Shown here one piece after another: positions 48,934-58,550 of a stretch of 64,000 bases of DNA (positions are counted from its first letter, which is position 1; the number at the start of each line of letters is the position of its first letter). The stretch is from a phage. A program made the position numbers and the translations under genes. A model generated the notes under the pieces. The model made no database searches. It was not told the origin of the DNA and was given only the letters and a program-made list of their open reading frames with translations. The DNA is taken from NCBI GenBank assembly GCA_012646185.1, contig GCA_012646185.1_4706.1; one strand, 5' to 3'.

Positions 48934-50936
48934 AACGTGATTACATCCTCCGGTTTAGGTTCTTTACGCGGTAACAGCATGTAGTCGATCGGATGATCTG
49001 GCTTCATGGTTGGGATATAACTGTTCGGGTTTTGGAACGCATCCAGTTGCTCTTGGTGAGCGAACTTCATACTCAAGGAGCGCATGTTCATGTTCTTCTT
49101 GAAGGTACTGAAGTATCGTGTTGTTCCCTGTTTCGGCATGCGATAATCTTTCGTGTGCGGCGAACGAATCATGCTGGCGTAGAGAATAACATCGAGATGC
49201 GAAAGGTTCATTCGCAGACGCTGAGCGCACAGACGATGCCAATAGTACAGCACGTTTGCAACTTCTTCCGGCGTTGCTTCGTCTTCCGAGAGGAATCCGG
49301 CACTGAAAGAACCTTTCCCGAATTTGAACTCACGTTCGATTTCTTTTGCGTATTCCATCATGTTTTTGTGGATTAACGGCATCTGGAATAACGTACGTGA
49401 ATTGTCCCAATGTTTCAAGTCGAAAATCACAATCCCGTCAGGCGTCACTTCCCAGCTATGGCGTTTAAGATAACGGATAAACGCTTTACTCGGTACAACA
49501 GGACGACCGCAGAAATCGAAATTGACTTTGAGCTTACGATAGCTTTCATCTTTCCTGTCGTAAATCTCCATATCGCAAAGCGTCATGTTGAACAGACGCT
49601 GTGGTATCAGCGAACTGATTTCTTCCGCTTCGGCTACGTCGTACAACATGTTAGCAAGACCTAACTTCATCTTAATCAACACGTGTTTACCTTTCAGCTC
49701 ACGTGCGAGTTTGATGTCGTTCATGTTCTGGCTGTAGCGAAGGATATGCTGATATTCCGGTGGGATTGGTGCTGTAGAGACCGTTGACGAACCATCGTGG
49801 TGTTTGGTAGAAAGAATGTTCTGCGTTACCTGTTGCGAGCAGGTACGCGCTGCACCATCGCCGACATTATCAGTCAATGCGAAGTTATGACTTAATTCAC
49901 CGTAACACGTTGTACATACCCCAGCAGGATCGGGATGATGACAATAGTTAACGGAGCGCATGCGTACCGTCGTGCCGATCAATTCTTTCATGTGTGGTTG
50001 TATCGCTACCAACGAACCGTCGTCACGAATAATGAATCGACCGTGGAAACCACGCAGGTCGGTCTCATCGCGGATTGGCATCGGGATGGTCTCTTTACTA
50101 CCACAATCACCAGGATGAAGTCGTTGTACAACCGCTGTCGCTATCTGAAGTTCACGACCGAAATATTCAGACTTTTTAATCTGCTCTTTGTTGAACAGCA
50201 ACGATTTCGCCGCAGAACGACTTTCTTTCAAGCTGTCAGGAAGAGAGATCAAACCGGCTGCGTACGACCGCATTACCGGATCGCGGAATATCTCGGAGTT
50301 AATATCAGTCAAGAATCCACGCATCCCAATACACTGTAGCACCTGCCCAATCGAAACGTGTTCGGTTCTTACCGCACGTGCGATAGGGTTTGCATGTAAC
50401 GTTTTATCGGTGCTCAGTACCTTCGTCAGTTTCTTGTATGCGCTTTCAATGCCTTCGCGGGTGGGTTCCGCTTCGGCGATGATTTTCTTAACTTCGGGGT
50501 GTACAGTAATCTGATAAAAATCATCCGCGCAAATCGTTGTTACGTATTCCTCCAACGCATACGTAAAGAAGTTATATACATTGTTAAACATATCGAACAG
50601 TGCTTTCCAGAGAACCTCACGATTCTCTTGTGGATAAGCATACATGCATTGACGATACGCTGCGCTTTGCAACGCAACCGATGAACCCGCTGTGAACTTG
50701 CGTTTATCGACCAGGTTCTCTTTTGTCAATGGTGTCTCAGGATACATGCGATGTACAGACCAGTGCATGTAACTAAAGAAAATGCGTCGCGCACGTAATT
50801 CATGAACGCCATCGTCCATCTCGATATATACACGGTCATTAGGCTGTGCCCATTCGAACACCTCATCAACCGGCCAATGCATAAGCTCGCGTGCCCTCAC
50901 ACGACGTTTCGTGGTGGTTGTCTGTGTTGTAATCAT
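48930..50936 (-). CDS. RNA polymerase beta-prime-like subunit (C-terminal-type fragment of a split phage multisubunit RNAP)
   Basis: RSVNYCHHPDPAGVCTTCYG (nt ~49900-49945) parallels E. coli beta-prime SVVSCDTDFGVCAHCYG; following GDGAARTCSQQVTQNILSTKHHDG parallels the trigger-loop start [28 protein letters not shown]. Confidence 0.7.
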   Translation of the reverse strand: MITTQTTTTKRRVRARELMHWPVDEVFEWAQPNDRVYIEMDDGVHELRARRIFFSYMHWSVHRMYPETPLTKENLVDKRKFTAGSSVALQSAAYRQCMYAYPQENREVLWKALFDMFNNVYNFFTYALEEYVTTICADDFYQITVHPEVKKIIAEAEPTREGIESAYKKLTKVLSTDKTLHANPIARAVRTEHVSIGQVLQCIGMRGFLTDINSEIFRDPVMRSYAAGLISLPDSLKESRSAAKSLLFNKEQIKKSEYFGRELQIATAVVQRLHPGDCGSKETIPMPIRDETDLRGFHGRFIIRDDGSLVAIQPHMKELIGTTVRMRSVNYCHHPDPAGVCTTCYGELSHNFALTDNVGDGAARTCSQQVTQNILSTKHHDGSSTVSTAPIPPEYQHILRYSQNMNDIKLARELKGKHVLIKMKLGLANMLYDVAEAEEISSLIPQRLFNMTLCDMEIYDRKDESYRKLKVNFDFCGRPVVPSKAFIRYLKRHSWEVTPDGIVIFDLKHWDNSRTLFQMPLIHKNMMEYAKEIEREFKFGKGSFSAGFLSEDEATPEEVANVLYYWHRLCAQRLRMNLSHLDVILYASMIRSPHTKDYRMPKQGTTRYFSTFKKNMNMRSLSMKFAHQEQLDAFQNPNSYIPTMKPDHPIDYMLLPRKEPKPEDVITL

Positions 50937-51081
50937 TATTACTTTCCGATTTAAATGGTTTTATCATACGGTTTACCAATTCCGTTGGAATTTACTATCA
51001 TCATGATAGCATCGGGAATCCCTTCTCTTAGGTTATGTAGGTGTTAATATATCTCCACTGCCGGAGTAAAAGTCGGCAACA

Positions 51082-51567
51082 TTACCCGGCTTTCTGTCGT
51101 AGAGCGTACGGATCCATAGCGTCTGATATATCCGAAACAACCGTGAGAATGAAGCCCTTTATCTGTCTCACTTCGGTCACACGCAATCCTTTATCGTTAC
51201 GGTATACGTTTTCTTCACCAACCAACTTTGGTCGGATAACATAAACGCCATCAACATACGGGAATGTCGAATACGGATAAACACCAATAGAAATGATGTT
51301 TGGATAATCGCCTCGAAGGTCGCGTCCGAACTTATCAACTCGACCATAAATCGTTCCATCCGCACCTTCCACCTCAATGAGATCATTTCGAATATCCTGA
51401 AATAGCTGTTCTAAGGTGTCGGCGGGGTACGCGTATGCGACGCCTAACGCACGATCCTCGATCGTTTTGACATTGAATCCGTTAAGCCAAACAATCCGTT
51501 CATTCGCCCATGTTTCTTCATATACCGTTAACCCATCGCCGTATATGTTGGCGTGTGCTATCTCCAT
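51082..51567 (-). CDS. hypothetical protein (161 aa)
   Basis: ORF with GAGGAAATGAGATT before ATG. Confidence 0.5.
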   Translation of the reverse strand: MEIAHANIYGDGLTVYEETWANERIVWLNGFNVKTIEDRALGVAYAYPADTLEQLFQDIRNDLIEVEGADGTIYGRVDKFGRDLRGDYPNIISIGVYPYSTFPYVDGVYVIRPKLVGEENVYRNDKGLRVTEVRQIKGFILTVVSDISDAMDPYALRQKAG

Positions 51568-51668
51568 AATCTCATTTCCTCTTCTACGTAGAAATAGATG
51601 ACATGTTGGATATACGTTGCCTTTGCATATATTGCTTTATTTCCGTCAGAAATAACGGAAAATAAAAA

Positions 51669-51711
51669 CAACGACATAATTCCCTCCCACCTCCACATGG
51701 GAGAGGGAGGG
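51669..51711 (-). promoter_or_regulatory. extended GC hairpin CCCTCCC/GGGAGGG (inner ctcc/ggag stem) followed on minus strand by AATTATGTCGTTG
   Basis: Arms 51682-51688 and 51705-51711; directly after stop of 51725-52087. Confidence 0.4.
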
Positions 51712-51724
51712 TTATTCGTGTTTA

Positions 51725-52087
51725 TTATTCTACGCTGTCTTCTTCCGTATCTTCCTCTTCAGAACCATCGAATGTTTTCATTGTGACGGTGGTATCCCAG
51801 TTAGCCGCGTAATCGGCCATCGCTTCACGCAGCGCTTCTTCACCAGCATCACCAGCCAGGTCAAGTACAACCAAACCTTGTGCGACGTTTTGAGCAACGG
51901 TATCAATAACGGTTGCATCTTCTTCAAAACTACGTACGGGTTCAATGGTACCTACATCAACAGCATAGTTCGTGGTTGCTGTAAACACGGCGACTTGTAG
52001 CGCATTGCTATCTTCATCATGCAGTGCTGCTTCAATACCGATTGGACGAGCCAGTTCTTGCAGTGTTAATTTGCGAATTAAGTTCAT
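51725..52087 (-). CDS. small acidic protein (120 aa); paralog of 52586-52996 product
   Basis: Shares AQGLVVLDLAGDAGEEAL versus ARGLMLLELFGEQGRTEL segment; acidic C-terminus EEEDTEEDSVE. Confidence 0.5.
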   Translation of the reverse strand: MNLIRKLTLQELARPIGIEAALHDEDSNALQVAVFTATTNYAVDVGTIEPVRSFEEDATVIDTVAQNVAQGLVVLDLAGDAGEEALREAMADYAANWDTTVTMKTFDGSEEEDTEEDSVE

Positions 52088-52119
52088 TATGTTTTCCTCA
52101 GGTGAATGTTAGCAATCGT

Positions 52120-52467
52120 TTAAAACTTTAAAACTTTTTCGATACGATGGTTGACGAGTTCATTGAACGACTCTTCAGCTTGTTCGATGATTTCATCAAC
52201 GTCGATATCTAATTGTTGGGGTTGGATAACATGCTCTTTCATGGTTTCCAGCCAGTATTCGGCTTTAATCATGACGTTAGCGACGTGTTCGACCTGGCTG
52301 CGTATGTCGACGATCTGGCAGTCAGGATTGTTAATATCGATGATGTGTCCGTGGTGGTTGATAAAACCTAGCTTATTTGATGCCCTTACCGCATCGCGGG
52401 TAAGTTCTTGCAAGATTAAATTATTAACGTAGTTCACTGCTACGGAACGATTTTCGTTATCACTCAT
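52120..52467 (-). CDS. hypothetical protein (~115 aa)
   Basis: Start moved to ATG 52467 (MSDNENR) with AAAGAGG SD. Confidence 0.5.
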   Translation of the reverse strand: MSDNENRSVAVNYVNNLILQELTRDAVRASNKLGFINHHGHIIDINNPDCQIVDIRSQVEHVANVMIKAEYWLETMKEHVIQPQQLDIDVDEIIEQAEESFNELVNHRIEKVLKF

Positions 52468-52530
52468 ACCAGGGATCCTCTTTAAGTCATCACATTCTAG
52501 TGTTAAGCAGTTAAAATAAACCGTTCCTTT

Positions 52531-52574
52531 TATCAGCATAAACATCCTCCTCCCACCACATGGGCAGGAGGAGG
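52531..52574 (-). promoter_or_regulatory. GC hairpin (cctcctcc/ggaggagg) followed on minus strand by TTTATGCTGAT box
   Basis: Inverted repeat 52546-52553/52567-52574; box about 80 nt upstream of the SD-supported start at 52467. Confidence 0.4.
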
Positions 52575-52585
52575 CGTAATATGCA

Positions 52586-52996
52586 TCAGAAAGGAGGACG
52601 ATCTTTAAATTCTAGCAACGTGTCTTCGAAGCAAGCGATAAGTTCAGACTGCAATTCGGTACGGCCTTGTTCACCGAAGAGTTCCAGCAACATTAACCCC
52701 CGAGCGGTCTTCGTAGCAACCTCTTCGCAGATGCGGAGATCGTGAACTTCATCATCGCCGACATCTTTACGTAACTGCGCTGCAATGGGCTTAAGATTGC
52801 CGTTTTCATCGTGTTCGTCACGAAATGCATCATAAGCCGCATCGATGTTCGCGATCCGTGTCAACCCTTCAGAATCCCGCCAGTCTCGATATAATCCAAG
52901 AAGACGGTTATGATTCTTCGTTTTGACGTTCGGTGCCGGAAGGTTGCGCAACAGATGTGGTGTAATCATTGCTATCACGCTATCCGAATGATCCAT
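52586..52996 (-). CDS. small protein (136 aa); paralog of 51725-52087 product
   Basis: See 51725-52087. Confidence 0.5.
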   Translation of the reverse strand: MDHSDSVIAMITPHLLRNLPAPNVKTKNHNRLLGLYRDWRDSEGLTRIANIDAAYDAFRDEHDENGNLKPIAAQLRKDVGDDEVHDLRICEEVATKTARGLMLLELFGEQGRTELQSELIACFEDTLLEFKDRPPF

Positions 52997-53007
52997 CGTA
53001 TACCTCG

Positions 53008-55176
53008 TTAGCTTTCGCAGTCATCTGCGTCGATGATTTGTCCGCCAGCAACGTTCAGTTGATGATACAGAATCCTCAACGCACGGTTGCCGCCAATGGG
53101 ATACTTCTCGAAGTTGGTTGCAATAGGAATCGCTGACGGTTTATCGGTCGCATAGATGCTTTCAGTGATGCTATCCACCTGTTTTGGATTGTTCGCATAA
53201 TCCATAAAGACGCTCGCGAACCATCCGCCAGCAAAGGCGGTAACTTCGCGATGTTCAGATTCACCACAGTAACGAGTTGGTTGCTCTTTACCCGGAGAAC
53301 TGTATTTATCGCTATTACTGAGTTTCGACGGTAGTCCATGCGCTTGCAGTTTAGGGATGCCCACCGCTGACCAGTCGTTCGCCGTCTTCTCCAACATCAT
53401 GATGTACGTGTCACCGATCGCAATATCGTTCTTGGTTGTCCGCCACTGCCCAGAACGCCCACGATACCGTACAGGACCTTTCTTCAACGGGAACTCACGA
53501 ATCAGATTCTCCATACGTTCTGAACCTGCTGCGATACTGTCTGTCGGGATATAAACTTCCGTACCGTGGCGTTGTACGTACCGTAAATGATCCCATTTAT
53601 CCTCATCCGTGATACAGTATTTTTCAACAACCTGTTCCACGAATTCAGGACTGACGATATAGTAGTAGCGCATCAGTGTGTTCCAAGCGGTCTCCAGATC
53701 GCCTGCATCCATCACCGGTTTCAGTTCACGCATGATCTGATCACCAACGCCGTTGATGTAAGGTGCGTTAACACGACTTAAACTCATCCTTTTGATTACC
53801 GTACTATCGTCGAACATGAAGTCCGCAACGTTACCCCATTGGTCAACCGGCATTTCATCGTCTTCCATGATGTCGGTTACGACGAATTTATCACCCGCCA
53901 TACCGGTGAATTTAAACCCGATACCTGGAACAACGTCGTACGTGTACGTGATGGTCACACGCCAATCATCGAGATTCTCTTTACGATAATCGCGGGTCGG
54001 TAACACATGACGTAGCTGTCCGTTGGGATTGCGGATATCAATACCGTGTTCAGCATCAGCCAGGTTCAACCACCACATCACCGTTTGATGATGACGTATC
54101 GGCGTACCAACGCGTTCACGTTCGTACTTACGAACAGCATCCTGAATTCGGGTGTAAAGCAAACCAATCGCGTTCTCGTATTTCAGGAATTGACGATACG
54201 GAGGACGCATCTTCTCTTCCATCATAATCGCACGCTCGCGGGCTTGACGTCCAGAACGACGATGCCGGTCGCTGACAACATCGATATCCGTTACACGCGC
54301 ATTCGGTTCCGCGTAAGTGAGGTCGTCGTAAACATAATCCACGCGCTGAAGATTACACGTCATCATGTCAACAACGCTGAGGATAGGATCGATTTCGCGT
54401 GTTGCTGCAAGTAACCCATCCTTACGAATACGCTCACCGTTCTCGGGTATTGCTTGATATACCTCATCGTCACCGTAGAGATTGATTGGGTATCGTGATT
54501 TACCTGATGTGATCGTCCGCTTCTCAATGCCGGTACTGGTGAAATGCTTCAATACACCACGACGGGCAACACCACCATCCTCGATACACTGATAGAAGCT
54601 ACCGAAACACACTTTGCAATCGCGACCGTAACCCCACTCGCGCGTTTCTTGATTGATCGCTGGGCTTTCCATCAAACGAGAATATCGCGGTACGATCTGG
54701 CCTCGACGAAGGGAATGGAACAAGTTGGTTGGTCGAAAACGGAAACCGTACTGCTGATGCATGATGTGATGCTCAGGCACTTCAAGCAAGCGTAGCTCGT
54801 GACGGTTACCATCCTCTTGGTTTTCATACAGCACGTAATGCATCGTGTTTGTTTTGATGCTGTTTGCTGTATGCCCCGGTTGGAAACGTGGGATGATATC
54901 TATGATGCGAGATTCGACTGGAAACTCTACTGACCACGTGTTCTGTCCGTACTGGTATTCGATCCCCGTCGTCAGTCGGGACGGTTTCGCATCTTTGATA
55001 ACCAACGCTTGGCTAAGATGTCCACCAAACATCGCAGCGCGCTGTGCTGAGTTATAATGCAGTAGCCCGTTAAGTCCAGTCCCTACGCCAGTATACTCCT
55101 GTTTAATGGGAATGATTTTACCTTCAGCGATTGCCTGCTTCACAGATTCATAAAGAGGTTTTTCTTTATAATGCAT
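53008..55176 (-). CDS. RNA polymerase beta-like subunit (C-terminal-type fragment of a split phage multisubunit RNAP)
   Basis: [40 protein letters not shown] parallels E. coli beta [56 protein letters not shown] parallels [45 protein letters not shown] parallels [28 protein letters not shown], with matching spacing. Start moved to ATG 55176 with AGGAAG SD. Confidence 0.75.
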   Translation of the reverse strand: [722 protein letters not shown]

Positions 55177-55206
55177 AGGACTTCCTATTATCGAATTGAG
55201 GTACGT

Positions 55207-55561
55207 CATGTCTAACACGCCCCTGAACGACTTTCTTAAGACAAACCCCGATGACCTCATCCACGATCTTGATTTCAGGAACGTTGTTGAGATGCATCTG
55301 GAATATTTCAAAAATGCCGGACTGGTCTCTACGATAGACATACCACCCGAACGCGCCTACGAATTCGATGGTAACTTTTATGGATTGTGTCGTGTTCTGC
55401 TCGGCGAGGGTAGCGAACCAATGCACTGGATAACCATGAGACTCAATGGTTATCGCGACCCTACGGAATACACCGCCGATGTTCTAACCATGAAGATTGT
55501 CGATACAAGCGCAATCAACACATTAAAACAACAGTACCGCACAATCCACTACAGCGCTTAA
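55207..55561 (+). CDS. hypothetical protein (~118 aa), lone plus-strand gene inside the minus block
   Basis: ATG at 55207 preceded by GAGGT; followed by hairpin 55567-55595; could be spurious. Confidence 0.35.
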
Positions 55562-55566
55562 GATAA

Positions 55567-55606
55567 CCCTCCCACAGCGTAAAGCGTAGGGAGGGCATTT
55601 ATGCCG
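55567..55606. terminator. GC hairpin CCCTCCC/GGGAGGG (15-nt loop) followed on plus strand by CATTTATGCCG
   Basis: Arms 55567-55573 and 55589-55595 between convergent ORFs 55207-55561 (+) and 55627-56907 (-). Confidence 0.45.
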
Positions 55607-55626
55607 TCGTTCGATGACTTAATACA

Positions 55627-56907
55627 TCAGAAACGATTCACAGTACGTCCTGTCCACGCGCTCAGGATGTTGTTACGTTCCATCTCAGCCCGACGACGTA
55701 AACCGTTTGGCGACTGCGGTGCTTGCGGCATCCCCCATCCAGCCGGTTGCATACCCATGCCCGGCCAAGCAGCGTTATTGAACATCGTACCGTTACGTTC
55801 CGCAACACGGTTCATCAGCGCATCAAACGTGCTATTACCTGCCGGTTGGTTACCGCCGCTTTCCCACTGATTAGGTTGGACAGGTGCGGTTTTACCCAAC
55901 AGGTTATCGATCACACTGCCTGTTGAAGCAGGACGCGGTTGCATACCTTCATGTGCAGCTGCTGATGGATTTGGCTTAACCGTCGGCTGTGGACGACTGT
56001 TCAGCGTTACACCCATGTTGTATTTCGCTGGCGGAATCTGACCACGATGTTGATTGATCGGTTCAAAATCCTCAACCCAGGTAACATCACAGTAGCCGTT
56101 CTCTTTACCGTCGTACTTATCACCAAACAGTTTGATGAGATTGTTCAGCGGTTCCATCAGCTTAGCGAAGCTGTGGATAAGACAATCGAAATACGGAGCA
56201 TGAGGATCGCTTGACCCAGCGTTGTACGTTTCACTTACCTCACCCGCGTGCGGGATAACGTACTCAACCAGGTTTCTCAGCATGTTAAGATCTTTCTTGG
56301 AAATCTCAACACCACACCAGTACGTTTTCTTATCTTTCGTGCTGATGTGTTCTTCTTCCATGAACGGGAAAGTAACGACCGCAACGCGGGTCATCTTCTT
56401 ACCCATGTAGGTTGCGCCGGTACGACGAAGATAAATTTTGGACAGCGTATACGGTGTGTCGCGTTTCAGCCAAACGGTGACCAGTTTGCCCAGGGTCGTT
56501 AGTGTTTTATCGCTGGCGTCCGCAAGGATGTTGAAGAACTCTTTTTGCTTCGGTCCGAAACGTTTTGCTTCTTTAGGATTGATTGCGGTTTCAACCATCC
56601 AAATCAGCATGGAGCATAGCGTGGCGTTAAAACGAACAACCATCGCACGACGCAGGAACTGAAGTACTTCCGATTCGCCGTTCATCACGTCTTCACTTAG
56701 CGGATGGAACAGCACACGTTCAGCCAGCTGATTTCCGGTACGAACTTCAGAAACCGGCATCAGCAACGGCATGCTTTCCACGGTAGCGGCAACTGCAACA
56801 ACTTTACCATCCCCATCCGTAAAACGATATTCTAATTCGTGGGCGTCATTCTCAAAATAGTTAACGCTCTGTAGTGCTTTGCGATAAGCTTCGATAAGCT
56901 TCGACAT
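55627..56907 (-). CDS. hypothetical protein (426 aa) with low-complexity P/Q/G/N/M-rich C-terminal region
   Basis: C-terminal ~120 aa rich in Pro, Gln, Gly, Asn, Met (GMQPAGWGMPQAPQSPNG). Confidence 0.55.
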   Translation of the reverse strand: MSKLIEAYRKALQSVNYFENDAHELEYRFTDGDGKVVAVAATVESMPLLMPVSEVRTGNQLAERVLFHPLSEDVMNGESEVLQFLRRAMVVRFNATLCSMLIWMVETAINPKEAKRFGPKQKEFFNILADASDKTLTTLGKLVTVWLKRDTPYTLSKIYLRRTGATYMGKKMTRVAVVTFPFMEEEHISTKDKKTYWCGVEISKKDLNMLRNLVEYVIPHAGEVSETYNAGSSDPHAPYFDCLIHSFAKLMEPLNNLIKLFGDKYDGKENGYCDVTWVEDFEPINQHRGQIPPAKYNMGVTLNSRPQPTVKPNPSAAAHEGMQPRPASTGSVIDNLLGKTAPVQPNQWESGGNQPAGNSTFDALMNRVAERNGTMFNNAAWPGMGMQPAGWGMPQAPQSPNGLRRRAEMERNNILSAWTGRTVNRF

Positions 56908-56962
56908 ATTGTATTTCCTTTTCTTTACGTCAACGGTCCCCCTACAACAGGGGACCTATGGA

Positions 56963-58549
56963 TTAGAAGTTGCCTTTGGTAGTTACCGCATCCACCAGGT
57001 TAAACAAATCAACGCTCAGCTTATACACCTCCTGCTGGCTACGGTTGAGCAGCGGGCTGTATGCAGATGGGTTGATGTTCGGCATGGTGTACGGAATCGG
57101 TGCAGAACCGTCAACGCTGATCTTGAACTGGCTGTCCAGGAACAGGTTAATCGCGCCGCTCACCATAACCGCATTCGGGTTGTTGCCCAACATGGAGGGT
57201 AGGATATTGGTAATCATGTCAGAACGCATTTGTTCAGCAGCACGGTTACAATCGTATCCTTTAATGAACGGTACTGCGTCGGTAACCGCAACCGCCCACT
57301 GACCAGGCATGATACCGAGTTCTGGGTGACCATGGTTGTCAGCAATGAAACGGAACGATTCCAACATGCGGTATGTCATCGCAGCAGGCATCATTGCAGC
57401 AAGCGATGAGCAATACAGCGTTGGATAATCGATCACGTCCCAGCTCTGACTATCGGTCGGCATCCAACCAAACTCGGTGGTTGCTGATGTACCACGACGA
57501 GCTTCCACATACGGGAATAACGTTAAGACATCACGGATATGTTCACCGAACATCCGTTTCATGTCCGCCCAACTCAGGCTGCCGCTGAACGCGAATCCTT
57601 CATCACGCATAATCGCACCGAATACCGGATGCGCAACCAACGGTTCTTCGCGAACAGCTTGAGCGGCTTCTACGTAAATATCCTCGTTCTCTGCGCTACC
57701 TGGATGAGACCCGCTTTCGTACGTCTGACGAATAGCCCCAACATTATCGAAGGCTTTTCTTAGATAAATGGTTGGGATGTTCGTATCGGCACTAGCGGGT
57801 TTGATTTTCTCTGTTGCGAAACACATTGCTGCTTCCACACCACGGAAAACCGGTTCCGGTTGCGGTGGATAGGATGTACGATGAACCACATCAGCGTAGG
57901 CGGGATCGAACTGTTGCATTACGTTCTGCATGGCTGGGTCCATGAACTGGTTATCAAAACCACCATTGCCCACCCAACGCGCTGTTGATGCATAGGTCAG
58001 CGTATCCTGAACACGAGTACTGAACTGAACATCACGATTAACCGGGTCGTATGCGCCGGTCAACAGGTTCGTTGCGTCCATCGGGGTTGCACGAACGATT
58101 TGCTTACCGAACATATCCGTTGTGGTTGTTTCGGTTACCTGGATTACGTTCGTGAAGAAGAACACCAGTTCGTTCGGCAGATCGATAGCGCGCGTTGTAA
58201 ACGCATCGAGGCTTACAGAATGGTCGGTGTATCCAGAAATGTAATGGACACGCTTGGTTCCTGGTGCGAGGGTCAAGGATTCTTCTACCGCCATCATGAA
58301 ATGGAAACGACGTGTGCCCCAACCATTCGCAATCTCCGAAACCCCCTCAGGTTCTGCAGACTGCTGCAACAAACCGGTTGCAAGCTTATTGATTGCTGAT
58401 GGTGTTGTTGCCGTACCGAACTTCGTCGTGTTAATGAAGTCTTCGATGCTACGCATGCTATCTGCGTGGAATCGTAGTGGGCGACGTTGTACGTTGTTGT
58501 ACGGTGCGGTTTCAACCATCAGTATTTCACGAACATTCATCGGGATCAT
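56963..58549 (-). CDS. hypothetical protein (528 aa)
   Basis: Long ORF, co-oriented, 1-nt gap to upstream gene. Confidence 0.6.
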   Translation of the reverse strand: MIPMNVREILMVETAPYNNVQRRPLRFHADSMRSIEDFINTTKFGTATTPSAINKLATGLLQQSAEPEGVSEIANGWGTRRFHFMMAVEESLTLAPGTKRVHYISGYTDHSVSLDAFTTRAIDLPNELVFFFTNVIQVTETTTTDMFGKQIVRATPMDATNLLTGAYDPVNRDVQFSTRVQDTLTYASTARWVGNGGFDNQFMDPAMQNVMQQFDPAYADVVHRTSYPPQPEPVFRGVEAAMCFATEKIKPASADTNIPTIYLRKAFDNVGAIRQTYESGSHPGSAENEDIYVEAAQAVREEPLVAHPVFGAIMRDEGFAFSGSLSWADMKRMFGEHIRDVLTLFPYVEARRGTSATTEFGWMPTDSQSWDVIDYPTLYCSSLAAMMPAAMTYRMLESFRFIADNHGHPELGIMPGQWAVAVTDAVPFIKGYDCNRAAEQMRSDMITNILPSMLGNNPNAVMVSGAINLFLDSQFKISVDGSAPIPYTMPNINPSAYSPLLNRSQQEVYKLSVDLFNLVDAVTTKGNF

Positions 58550-58550
58550 T

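Noticed and set aside
48930-50936. ADDFYQITVHPE segment in the beta-prime-like protein as a degenerate NADFDGDQMAVH catalytic motif
   Set aside because: The resemblance is loose, the Asp triad is absent and spacing to the zinc motif differs from bacterial beta-prime; more likely coincidental, with the catalytic fragment encoded elsewhere.
55601-55870. Plus-strand ORF starting at the ATG of the hairpin TTTATGCCG box
   Set aside because: It is fully antisense to the 426-aa minus-strand gene and its ATG is part of the recurring non-coding box.
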